64,000 nucleotides of DNA from Clostridia bacterium. GTDB taxonomy: Bacteria > Bacillota > Clostridia > Oscillospirales > CAG-272. Under the pieces are notes generated by a model. The model worked only from the letters and a program-made list of their open reading frames with translations. It had not been told where the DNA came from and did not search any database. The translations under genes and the position numbers were made by a program. Of this stretch, positions 31,726 through 41,168 are shown in pieces. The DNA is taken from positions 53,658 through 117,657 of the forward strand of contig JAGARU010000030.1 in the NCBI GenBank assembly GCA_017622085.1. The letters are read 5' to 3'. Numbering within the stretch: the stretch's first letter is position 1; every line of letters starts with the position of its first letter.

Positions 31726-32679
31726 TCATTTATAACACAAACATCCCCCAAAGCAACCGAAGGTCTTGTACCGGTAGCAGCTCTCGCAGTCGGTGCAGGA
31801 GGGCGTGTTTACCAGACGGCAGTCGATCTCCTTGAAGAAATAATTGCGCAGATCACTGAGGCAAGCAAAATCGCTTACCGGCACGCGAGCGGCATCATAC
31901 ATGCCAAAGCAACGGGTGGCTGTTCCATCGGGATAAAGATCGATCACCGGGGAGCACACGGAGGCCTCGCCCATAAAGATCCGCCGTTCGTGGGCGTTTT
32001 CAAAGGGAAGAGAAGCAAGGAAGGCCCGCTCCTCCTCCGTATAAATGCAGGAAGGAATGGCGTTGCAGTCGTAGCAAGGCGCCACACCCCGTGCCTTCAG
32101 CTGGCGGTAGAGCGCCAATAACGTGGGCTTCATCCGCCGGAAGTAGGGAAGTCCGCCCTCACTTTTGTCGTGGGGAATCACCAAGCTCACGCGCACCTTC
32201 CGTGCACCGCATGCATCCACCACGGACAAAAAGTCTGTAAAATCCTGATCCTCGCGGTATACGTTAATGCCAAGGGTAATCCCCTTCGGACCCATGCGCT
32301 GAGATAACAGTCGCGCATTCTCCCGCATCCGCGCAAAATTTGCCTCGCCCATGTCGGATGCGGCGTTGACGTTGATCAGCAAATGGAATTTCCCATCGGC
32401 CAAAAGATCCATGGCCTTGTCCGCAAAAATGCCGTTGGTAAAGACCGTTACCCGTCCAAATCGGGGATCCATCCGAAGCATCTCCAAAAAGGCCAGTATA
32501 TTCTTGTGCAAAAAGGGCTCACCGCCGATCAAGCCCACCTGTCCCTCCTCCGCGCAAAAGCTAAGCAGCCGCGCAAAGGTGGGCATCGTTATGTCCTCCT
32601 TCTCCTCCGCCGTATAGCTGTCCGCAAAGCAGTAAGGGCACCGCAGGTTGCACCGATTCAGTAACGCAATGTTCGCCAT
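31726..32679 (-). CDS. Radical SAM protein with C-terminal SPASM-like Cys cluster
   Basis: CNLRCPYC, GGEP, TNG; C-terminal CSPVID...RCFG...CTDCESC...CFGGCLC; GAGGT RBS before ATG 32679. Confidence 0.9.
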   Translation of the reverse strand: MANIALLNRCNLRCPYCFADSYTAEEKEDITMPTFARLLSFCAEEGQVGLIGGEPFLHKNILAFLEMLRMDPRFGRVTVFTNGIFADKAMDLLADGKFHLLINVNAASDMGEANFARMRENARLLSQRMGPKGITLGINVYREDQDFTDFLSVVDACGARKVRVSLVIPHDKSEGGLPYFRRMKPTLLALYRQLKARGVAPCYDCNAIPSCIYTEEERAFLASLPFENAHERRIFMGEASVCSPVIDLYPDGTATRCFGMYDAARVPVSDFACLSDLRNYFFKEIDCRLVNTPSCTDCESCYRYKTFGCFGGCLCYK

Positions 32680-32697
32680 AAATACCTCACAAAAAAG

Positions 32698-32726
32698 AAA
32701 AACGTGTCTCGGTACAGACACGTTTT
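32698..32726 (-). terminator. Hairpin and U-tract between tRNA-Ala and the radical SAM gene
   Basis: AAAACGTGTC-TCGGTACA-GACACGTTTT, followed on the minus strand by a T-run. Confidence 0.7.
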
Positions 32727-32728
32727 GT

Positions 32729-32804
<76 letters not shown>

Positions 32805-32943
32805 GTAACGATACCATTATGCCATGCTTTTGCCCAATTGTCAATAGGAAATGCCTATTTTTTCGGACAAACCGTACTTACACAAGATTAAAACGCAAAA
32901 AAAGAGAACGTGGTAGCGGTTCCACCCCGTTCTCTCCTTTTAT

Positions 32944-34668
32944 TTATTGCGACACTGTATAAAGCGAGTAGAAGTATCCCTTCCGGTCAATCAGACGGTC
33001 AAAGGTGCCAGATTCCACGATTTCGCCGTTTTTCATGGTATAGATGCAATCGTAACGGCGCAAAAGGGAAGCATCCAGCGCGTGGGTCACCACAATTCCC
33101 GTGATGCCCCGGAGGCCGAGAATCGCATCGGTAACCTGATAGGCCGTTTCCGCATCCAAGGCGGCGGTAGCCTCGTCCACCAGCAGGATCTGCGCGTTTT
33201 TCAAAAGCGCCCGCGCGATAGAGATCCGTTGCTTCTCTCCTCCGGAGAGCCCGCATCCGTTCTCCCCGCACCGATAGCCCGCACCCTTTTCTTCGATCAG
33301 CGAGGAAAGACCGGACAGCCGGATGGCCCGCTCCATCTGCTCCTCGGGGAACTCACGGAACATGGTAATGTTATCCCGTATGGAGGCGTTAAACACAAAT
33401 ACGTTTTGCTGAACGATGCTCTGTACCTCGTAAAGACTGCCGGTGCTGACGGTGCGAAGCTCCTGCCCATCCAAGGTGATCTCCCCCTCGTAGCCGCCAT
33501 ATCCGGCCATCAAAAGACTCAAAAGGGTGGATTTGCCGGAGCCGGAGGCACCGACGATGGCGTACTTTTTGCCCGGTTCAAAGGTGGCATCCACCTGACG
33601 GAGCGCCTGCTTTTCGCCGTCGTAGGAGAAGGAGACGTTCTTTACGCAGATTCCCTCGGTCAAGGGAATGGAGAGGGAAGCACCCTCCTCCCGCGTGCTT
33701 TGCTCCAGCGCATCCGCCAGCTTGCGGATCAGCCCTTGGGAGGCGCGGTATTCGGCAAAGTAGCGGGGCAAGGTTCCTACAGGCCCCACCACGCAGTTCA
33801 TCAGATTGACGAAGGCGATCACCACGCCGCCCGAAACGCCGTAACCGGCAAGTGCCATCCACGCACCCACAAGAAAAACGCCCATTTGCGCCGTTGCTCC
33901 GGCCACGTTACCAAGGCCGGAAACCAGCGTCTGCATCTTGCGCCGTCGAATGTTCGCCCGGGTAACGTCCGCCACCCGCTGGGAGAACATTTCGCACATT
34001 TCCTCTTCCGCCTGGAAGGACTTCACCACGGAGAAACCGTTCAGCGCATCCTTTAAGGAGGAGACGTAGCTTTCGTTTTTCTCGGACAGGGTACGCTCTG
34101 CCTCCTCCACCCGGTTTCCTGCCAGAAGGGAAGCCACCACGGGAATCAGCGTAAGGGCAATGCCGATGCCGGTCAGCATGGGGCTGTACCAAAGCATCAG
34201 TCCCAGCGCTCCCGCAAAGGCGCAGAGATCGCCGATAATATTGAATATGTTGCTGAGGTAATTGGTTTCAACGGCGTTTACGTCATTGCTGAGGGCAGAG
34301 ATGTAAAGAGAGGTGTTCTCACCGGAGAAGGCGGAAATGTTCTTTTTTGAGAGTCGACGGAACACCAGCGACTTGTACCGCCCCACTCCGCGAGCCGTAA
34401 AGGCCGGGATGGAATGATAGCAAAGAACGAAGGAGAAGGCAAACAGCGCCAGCGCCCCAACGGTCAGATACAAAATATCCAAAAGCGGCATGGCTCCCTC
34501 CACCCCCATGGAGGCGTCAATTAGAAGCTGCATCACGTAGGAGACCAGCACGTTCGAGACACTTTGGAGCAGAGTCGCCAAAATTCCCACGGAAAAAGCG
34601 CCCCAGTTGCGGCGAAAGAAGGCGGTGTTGTAGATGCGGTATCGATTCTTATTGGTTTTTGTTTTCAT
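32944..34668 (-). CDS. ABC exporter (TMD+NBD)
   Basis: About 6 TM; GASGSGKST, LSGGEKQR, LVDEAT; start overlaps the upstream regulator. Confidence 0.9.
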   Translation of the reverse strand: MKTKTNKNRYRIYNTAFFRRNWGAFSVGILATLLQSVSNVLVSYVMQLLIDASMGVEGAMPLLDILYLTVGALALFAFSFVLCYHSIPAFTARGVGRYKSLVFRRLSKKNISAFSGENTSLYISALSNDVNAVETNYLSNIFNIIGDLCAFAGALGLMLWYSPMLTGIGIALTLIPVVASLLAGNRVEEAERTLSEKNESYVSSLKDALNGFSVVKSFQAEEEMCEMFSQRVADVTRANIRRRKMQTLVSGLGNVAGATAQMGVFLVGAWMALAGYGVSGGVVIAFVNLMNCVVGPVGTLPRYFAEYRASQGLIRKLADALEQSTREEGASLSIPLTEGICVKNVSFSYDGEKQALRQVDATFEPGKKYAIVGASGSGKSTLLSLLMAGYGGYEGEITLDGQELRTVSTGSLYEVQSIVQQNVFVFNASIRDNITMFREFPEEQMERAIRLSGLSSLIEEKGAGYRCGENGCGLSGGEKQRISIARALLKNAQILLVDEATAALDAETAYQVTDAILGLRGITGIVVTHALDASLLRRYDCIYTMKNGEIVESGTFDRLIDRKGYFYSLYTVSQ

Positions 34669-35737
34669 GCAGTATTTCCTCCCATAGCGGCGCAAGGCAC
34701 GCACCGGCCCTGCCCTCGGTAATAAATTGCTCAATGGAATCCATCGCGGTCTTTCCTAAATCGTCGTAGCCCATCTCGGAGCCATCGCCGTAGTAGTAGG
34801 TCAACCCCACGTTAACGTGATATTCCGGCGCACGGTCAAAGGCCTCGGCCCGTGTCTTGGCATCCCGCAGACGGGTAAGCGCCTCCTCCCGATTGCCACG
34901 CGCCATGGAGAGGGCGGCCAGAACCGTGTAGGCGCGGACGTTTGCCTTGTCGATGATGGTAGTTACACCGGGCACCCGTAGCTCATCCGAGAGGGAAAGT
35001 GCCCAACGGATCAAGGATTCGGCCCGATCCAGCTCCTTAGATACCAGATAGACGTTGGCAAAGCCGCATGCCGTTCCGAACATGGTGGCGTAGCTGTTAT
35101 ACAGCGCGGCGGACAGATAGGGAAGCGCCTCCGCCTCCCGTCCCTCACGCAGAGAGAGCAGGGTTCCAATGGGCTGATCGTTGATGCCGGCTACGTTGTT
35201 TTCCTGCATCAGTGCAATGGCGCGGTCCAGATCGCCCAAGTGGTAGTAACAGGAGGCAATGGCGTTTTTGATCCGTTCCAGCGTCAGCTGACGGTTTTCG
35301 TTCTGATCCATCAGCGCCAGCGCCCGCCGGTACAAATCAATGGCACGGGTGGCATGGGGCTCATTCTGGGAGGTCATGGAAATAAAGTACAGCTCAGCCG
35401 CGGCAAATACCACGTCGAAGGCCGCCGGATACTTCCGTAAGGCCTCCTCCGCATAGACGATGCCCTCGTCAAAGGTTCGGGCATGGACGTGGTCCCATAT
35501 TTTCTCCGCCGCGCGTCCCATGCCGTTTTTCTCCCAGCCATAGCCCAGCAGAACGTCCACCGAAGAATCAAAGAAGGCGGCAAGCTCCGTCAGCATGGGC
35601 ACCTCCGGGATGGAATGTCCGTTTTCCCATTTATAAACCGCTCCCGCGGTCACGCCAAGAGCCTCGGCCAGCTGTTCCTGGGTCAGCCCCCGCTCCCGGC
35701 GAAAGCGTTTAATGTTTTCAGCAATTTTCAGTTCCAT
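34649..35737 (-). CDS. XRE-family HTH regulator with TPR-like repeats
   Basis: LTQEQLAEALGVTAGAVYKWENG HTH followed by TPR-like helices (IASCYYHLGDLDRAI). Confidence 0.85.
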   Translation of the reverse strand: MELKIAENIKRFRRERGLTQEQLAEALGVTAGAVYKWENGHSIPEVPMLTELAAFFDSSVDVLLGYGWEKNGMGRAAEKIWDHVHARTFDEGIVYAEEALRKYPAAFDVVFAAAELYFISMTSQNEPHATRAIDLYRRALALMDQNENRQLTLERIKNAIASCYYHLGDLDRAIALMQENNVAGINDQPIGTLLSLREGREAEALPYLSAALYNSYATMFGTACGFANVYLVSKELDRAESLIRWALSLSDELRVPGVTTIIDKANVRAYTVLAALSMARGNREEALTRLRDAKTRAEAFDRAPEYHVNVGLTYYYGDGSEMGYDDLGKTAMDSIEQFITEGRAGACLAPLWEEILHENKNQ

Positions 35738-35931
35738 AAGCCACCTCGGTATGTTTTGTCCTTATTATACCATTGGTGTGGATACTTTTCCACCCACCGT
35801 ATGTATAAAAATTGCCTGTTTTTTTCTACCTGCCGTCATTGTAGCACGTCGCCTCGGCCAAAAGAACGGAGCATTGGTTGAAAAAACTCCCCCATTGGTT
35901 GCTTTTCCCCTCAACCAACAGGGGGAGTTTC

Positions 35932-36345
35932 TTATTTTAGTCCATAATGTGCCCGGACGGAGTCCGTTGCAATCACCTTTCCGCGTACGTGAATGCTTTC
36001 TACTACTTCAAACAGCATTTCCTCGTCGCAGTTTTCCGCAATTTTAAGCAGACCGTATCCGGTCAACGACATGCGCTGACCTTCGGCATGCATTTCCTCC
36101 AGCTCCTTGGCGGTAATTCCGTATATGCCCAAAAACCACCCGTGCTCCTTGCTTGTGCTCTTTGTGTTTTTTTCAATCAGACGCTCCACCGTTGCACGCT
36201 GACTCTCCAGCGCCGTACGCAGGGCGTGGTTAATAAAATCACTCCGATTGGAGTAGTAGCCGTTATCCACCAAAAGATCGATCTCCGACAGGGTAGCCGT
36301 ATTGATGTTAACGGAAACCTTTTCGCTCAAATTCTCATTCGTCAT
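35932..36345 (-). CDS. CopG/ribbon-helix-helix family transcriptional regulator
   Basis: EKVSVNI...IDLLVDNGYYSNRSDFINHALR RHH motif. Confidence 0.8.
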   Translation of the reverse strand: MTNENLSEKVSVNINTATLSEIDLLVDNGYYSNRSDFINHALRTALESQRATVERLIEKNTKSTSKEHGWFLGIYGITAKELEEMHAEGQRMSLTGYGLLKIAENCDEEMLFEVVESIHVRGKVIATDSVRAHYGLK

Positions 36346-36536
36346 GGAAGGTTTTCCTTTCTGTATGATATATATGCTCTATATGGAGCATATATATCAT
36401 ACCACAAGTGAGATCGTCGTGTCAATAGGAAAACAGGAACAGAGAATTGGTTCGAAGCCCGGGTGTTTTTGGGAGCAAATAGAAAAAGCCCACGTTGCGT
36501 CTATAGAAACGCAACGCGGGCAAAAGAAAATTTTGC

Positions 36537-37361
36537 TTAGTCGTTTTTGACGTGAACGTCCAACTGATTGAAGGGGATTTCAATACCCTCTTTATCAAAG
36601 GCAGACTTAACGCTTTCCAACAGATCGAAGTGCACGGTCCAGTAATCGCTGCTTTTTACCCATACGCGAGTAACAATGTCGATGGAGCTGGCACTGTGAG
36701 CCGATACACGAACCATGATCGCTTGATCCTTGAGAACCAAGGGATGCTCCTCGCAGATCTTGGAGATAATTGCCTTCGCCTTTTCAAAGTCGTTGGAGTA
36801 GGAGATGGAGAAGGTATTGTCCACGCGGCGGATATCCTTTTCAGAGTAGTTCACGATAGAACCGCTGGAAAGAGCGCCGTTGGGAAGATATACAACCTTG
36901 TTGTCGGGAGTGAGGAGGCGGGTGCAGGTAATGTGGATATCCTCTACCGTTCCGGAGTATCCTTGTGCCTCAATGAAATCGTCAACACGGAAGGGTCTGG
37001 TGAGAATGATCAGTACGCCGCCGGCCAGATTTCCGAGAGCTCCGTTCATTGCAAGGCCTACGCAAGCACCGAAGGAGACAAGCAGAGCGGCTAGACCGCT
37101 GGTGTCAATACCCACATAGCCAATCAGGCATACAGCAATTACTACCTTGAGCCCAAGCTTGAATATGTATCCGATAACACGTGCAAGTGTCTTGTCTACC
37201 TTCTCCTTGTCGCCCAATTTTTCAATTTTTCTGCCGATCTTATTGACGATCTTAAAAGAAATAAAAAGAACAACAAGGGCAATCAAAAGCTTAAGGCCGG
37301 ATGAGGTTGTCCAGGATATGATAGAGTTTACAATGCTCTGAAGGGTTTCTTTCCAATCCAT
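36537..37361 (-). CDS. mscS: Small-conductance mechanosensitive channel
   Basis: GLAMNGALGNLAGG...RPFRVDDFI...GIEIPFNQLDVH. Confidence 0.93.
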   Translation of the reverse strand: MDWKETLQSIVNSIISWTTSSGLKLLIALVVLFISFKIVNKIGRKIEKLGDKEKVDKTLARVIGYIFKLGLKVVIAVCLIGYVGIDTSGLAALLVSFGACVGLAMNGALGNLAGGVLIILTRPFRVDDFIEAQGYSGTVEDIHITCTRLLTPDNKVVYLPNGALSSGSIVNYSEKDIRRVDNTFSISYSNDFEKAKAIISKICEEHPLVLKDQAIMVRVSAHSASSIDIVTRVWVKSSDYWTVHFDLLESVKSAFDKEGIEIPFNQLDVHVKND

Positions 37362-37468
37362 TTTTTAGGACCTTCTTTCTTCAAAATTTACACTAATATT
37401 TTAACACAACTGAATATGCTCGTCAAGGTTTTTTTGAGGGGGCTTGGAGTCTTATGAAGATGGCAAGT

Positions 37469-39238
37469 TTATATGGTTTCAAATTGGCTGTGATATAAGG
37501 TAAAATAGAAGCCGCCGGCGCGGAGGAGCTCCTCATGCTTGCCCTGCTCGATGATGTTTCCGTCCTTCATTACAAGAATGCAATCCGCATCCCGGACGGT
37601 GGACAGGCGGTGCGCCACGATAAAGCTGGTGCGTCCCTCCATCAGGCGGGCAAAGGCATCCTGAATTTTTCGCTCCGTGCGGGTATCGATGGAGGAGGTA
37701 GCCTCATCCAGAATCAGCATGGGCGGGCGGCAGAGCATCACGCGGGCAATGCAAAGAAGCTGCTTTTGTCCTTGGGACAGACCCTCCCCGGACTCGGCAA
37801 TCACCGTGTCGTAGCCTTGGGGCAAGCGCTTGATAAAGCTGTGGGCGTGGGCGGCCTTGGCCGCCGCCATAATTTCCTCGTCGGTGGCATCCGGCCGTCC
37901 GACGGCGATGTTGTCACGGATGGTGCCATCCATGAGCCACGTATCCTGTAGCACCATTCCGTAGGAGGAGCGTAGGCTGTGCCGGGTCAGATTGCGGATG
38001 TCGTAGCCGTCCACGGAGATGGAGCCGTCCTTTACGTCATAGAATCGCATCAAAAGATTGATCAGCGTGGTCTTGCCACAGCCCGTCGGGCCAACGATGG
38101 CAATTCTCTGTCCGGGGGTAACGGAGAGGGAAAGATCCTCAATCAGCTTTTGCTCCGGCGTGTAGGCAAAGCGCACGTTTTCCATCTGAATGGCACCGGC
38201 CGTCTCCCCAAGCACGTGGGCGTCGGCCGCCTCCGGGGTCTGGGGCTCTTCCTCGATCAGCTCAAAAATGCGGGCGGCGCAGGCAAGCGCGTTCTGGAAC
38301 TCGGCAATTACGCCGGAAATTTCGTTAAAGGGCTTGGTGTATTGGTTGGCGTAGGTCAGCAGGCAGGAAAGGCCGCCCACCGTCAGCGCCACACCGCCCC
38401 ATCCCTCGGGGCGAATCACGCAAAAGGCGCCGCAAAGGGCAACCGCCGCGTAAACCAGGCTGTTTACAAATCGGGTGCAGGGATTGGTAAGGGAGGAGAA
38501 GAAAATGGCCTTCAGGGAGGTTTTGGTCAGCGCTTCGTTCAGGTGATCGAACTCTTTCTTCGATTCATCCTCCCGGGCAAAGGCGCGAACCACCTTCTGG
38601 TTGCCCACCATTTCGTCAATATAGGCGGTCTGCTCGCCCCGGGCCTTGGCCTGGGCAGAGAACAGATGGTGGGTGTTTTTGGCAATAAACCGTGCCACGA
38701 ACAGGGAAAGGGGCGTCATAACCACTACAACCGCCGCAATAATGGGCTGGAGGCGAAGCATAAAGAACAGGGTGCCTACAATGGTAAGAATGCCGGTAAA
38801 GAGCTGGGTAAAGCCAAGGAGCAGACCGTCGGCAAACTGATCCACGTCCGCGATCACCCGGCTGACGATACCGCCGGTGGGATGGCTGTCCAGATAACTG
38901 AGGGGCAGAATTTCAATTTTGCGGAAGGCCTCCTTCCGCACGTCGCGCACCACCTGATAGGTGATCTTGTTGTTCACCGCATTCATAACCCATTGGAGCA
39001 CGGCCGTAGCGGCAATGACCGCGGCGGCCACCGCAAAAATGGCACCGATGCCGGCAAAGTCGACCTGTCCTTCGCCTACGATCAAATCGATGGCATCACC
39101 GATCAGAATGGGCAAATACAGGGACAAGGCCACGGAGGCGGCGGCAAACAAAACGGAAATAGCAATCAGAACGCCGTAGCGGCGAATGTAACGGAGAATT
39201 TTCCGGAGGGTTCCGGCGGGCTTTTTCGTGTGCTTCAT
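37469..39238 (-). CDS. Heterodimeric multidrug-type ABC exporter, subunit with consensus Walker B (TM288-like)
   Basis: GPTGCGKTT, LSQGQ, LDEATS, AHR. Confidence 0.92.
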   Translation of the reverse strand: MKHTKKPAGTLRKILRYIRRYGVLIAISVLFAAASVALSLYLPILIGDAIDLIVGEGQVDFAGIGAIFAVAAAVIAATAVLQWVMNAVNNKITYQVVRDVRKEAFRKIEILPLSYLDSHPTGGIVSRVIADVDQFADGLLLGFTQLFTGILTIVGTLFFMLRLQPIIAAVVVVMTPLSLFVARFIAKNTHHLFSAQAKARGEQTAYIDEMVGNQKVVRAFAREDESKKEFDHLNEALTKTSLKAIFFSSLTNPCTRFVNSLVYAAVALCGAFCVIRPEGWGGVALTVGGLSCLLTYANQYTKPFNEISGVIAEFQNALACAARIFELIEEEPQTPEAADAHVLGETAGAIQMENVRFAYTPEQKLIEDLSLSVTPGQRIAIVGPTGCGKTTLINLLMRFYDVKDGSISVDGYDIRNLTRHSLRSSYGMVLQDTWLMDGTIRDNIAVGRPDATDEEIMAAAKAAHAHSFIKRLPQGYDTVIAESGEGLSQGQKQLLCIARVMLCRPPMLILDEATSSIDTRTERKIQDAFARLMEGRTSFIVAHRLSTVRDADCILVMKDGNIIEQGKHEELLRAGGFYFTLYHSQFETI

Positions 39239-40965
39239 ACCTGCGCGTCCTCCTTTTTGAATTGAGATTCGTAAATTTCACGGTAGGTGGGGCAACCCTC
39301 AAGCAGTTCCTCGTGGCGACCCATGCCCACCACCTCGCCGTCATCCAGAACGACGATCCGGTCCGCGTGCATAATGGAGGCCGTGCGCTGAGAAACGATG
39401 AACACGGTGGTTCCGGGTAAGCTCTCCTTCAGCGCCCGTCGGAGGGCGGCGTCCGTTGCGTAGTCGAGCGCAGAGGCACTGTCGTCCAGAATCAGAATGT
39501 CCGGGTTCTTGACCAAGGCGCGGGCAATGGTCAATCGCTGGCGCTGGCCGCCCGACAGATTCTTACCGCCCTGCTCGATCTCGTAGTCAAGGCCGCCTTC
39601 CTTCTCGGCAACCACGGCCGAGGCCTGAGCGATGGCAAGAGCACGGGTGATCTCCTCGTCGGTGGCATTCTCGTTGCCGTACCGCATATTGTCGCGGATG
39701 CTGCCCTTAAAGAGCACCGCCTTCTGGGGCACCACGCCGATCCGTTCTCGGAGGGAATCGGTTTTGTAGTCCTTTACGTTCACGCCGTTTACCAAAAGCT
39801 CACCCTCGCTTACGTCATAAAAGCGGGGAATCAGATTCACAAGAGAGGTCTTACCGGAGCCCGTTCCGCCAATGATGCCCACCACCTCACCGTGGCGCAC
39901 GGAAAGATTTACGGGGTTGAGGGAATTTTCGCCGGCGCCTGCATAGCGTAGGGTGGCACCGCGGAATTCTACCGCCGGCTCACTGCGCTGGTTGCCGTAT
40001 GTAAGGGAGCCCTCGGCCATGCTGCTCTGCTTCTTCATCACCGCCTCAATGCGGTGACCGCAGGCCACGGCCTTGGTAATGCTGATGATCAGATTGGCCA
40101 TCTTGATCAGCTCCACCAGGATCTGGGACATGTAGTTGTAAAGGGCGATGACCTCACCTTGGGTCAGATCGCCGTGATGTACCTGTAGGGCACCGCGGTG
40201 GATCAGAATTAAGGTGGCAAGGTTAATAATGATATAGGTGACCGGATTCATCAGCGCGGAGATGCGTCCGACGAACTTTTGTACGGCGGTCAGCTCCTCG
40301 TTTCGGCGGTCAAACTCCTCAATTTCCTCATCCTCCCGGCAAAAGGCGCGGATCACGCGCACACCGGTCAGATTGCGGCGGGTCATGCCAAGAACGCGAT
40401 CCAGCTTGCCCTGCACCTTCTTATAAAGAGGAATGCTGGCCAGCATAATACCAAAGACCACAAGGCAGAGCAGGGGAATGGTCACCGCAAAGGTAACCGC
40501 CGCCGATCCGTCTACCGTAAAGGCCATGATCATGGCGCCAAATACCACGAAGGGGGAGCGAAGGAGCAAGCGCAGGGTCAGATTGATGCCCGATTGCACC
40601 TGATTTACGTCACTGGTCATACGGGTGATCAGCGTGGAGGTGCCCACCGTGTCCAGCTCCGTGTAGGAGAGGGTGCCGATGTGGGCAAACAGCGAGCCGC
40701 GGATGTTCTTTGCCACACCCGTGGCGGCCTTGGCGGCAAAATACTGAGCGGTTACCGCGCACACAAGGCCGATCACTGCCAGCGCCACCAAAAGCAGGCA
40801 CATACGCACAATATAGGGCTTGTCCCCGTTTTCAATGCCCACGTCCACGATGGAGGCAATGACCAAGGGGATAAACAGCTCAAAGGAGGCCTCCAGCAGC
40901 TTGAACAGCGGCCCGAGGATGCTCTCTTTTTTATAGGATTTCAGATAGGTTAAAAACAGTCCCAT
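39235..40965 (-). CDS. Heterodimeric ABC exporter, degenerate subunit (TM287-like)
   Basis: GGTGSGKTS, LSGGQ, ILDDS (E to D), SQR (H to Q); ATGA overlap with partner. Confidence 0.92.
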   Translation of the reverse strand: MGLFLTYLKSYKKESILGPLFKLLEASFELFIPLVIASIVDVGIENGDKPYIVRMCLLLVALAVIGLVCAVTAQYFAAKAATGVAKNIRGSLFAHIGTLSYTELDTVGTSTLITRMTSDVNQVQSGINLTLRLLLRSPFVVFGAMIMAFTVDGSAAVTFAVTIPLLCLVVFGIMLASIPLYKKVQGKLDRVLGMTRRNLTGVRVIRAFCREDEEIEEFDRRNEELTAVQKFVGRISALMNPVTYIIINLATLILIHRGALQVHHGDLTQGEVIALYNYMSQILVELIKMANLIISITKAVACGHRIEAVMKKQSSMAEGSLTYGNQRSEPAVEFRGATLRYAGAGENSLNPVNLSVRHGEVVGIIGGTGSGKTSLVNLIPRFYDVSEGELLVNGVNVKDYKTDSLRERIGVVPQKAVLFKGSIRDNMRYGNENATDEEITRALAIAQASAVVAEKEGGLDYEIEQGGKNLSGGQRQRLTIARALVKNPDILILDDSASALDYATDAALRRALKESLPGTTVFIVSQRTASIMHADRIVVLDDGEVVGMGRHEELLEGCPTYREIYESQFKKEDAQV

Positions 40966-41168
40966 GATTTTCTCCCGGTGTTTTTCTGTAGATAGAGTCA
41001 TCCCATCCATTATATCACAAAAAGCCCCGGAGGGAAAGCCCTTTTCCCGGAGAACTGCAAATAATTCTCCCTCCGTTTTTCGCGAAAAAACGGCCAAAGC
41101 CCTTGATAATCAACAGAAAATGTGATACCATACAGGGAGTACGCAAAAAGAAGAAAGAGGGTGTTCCC

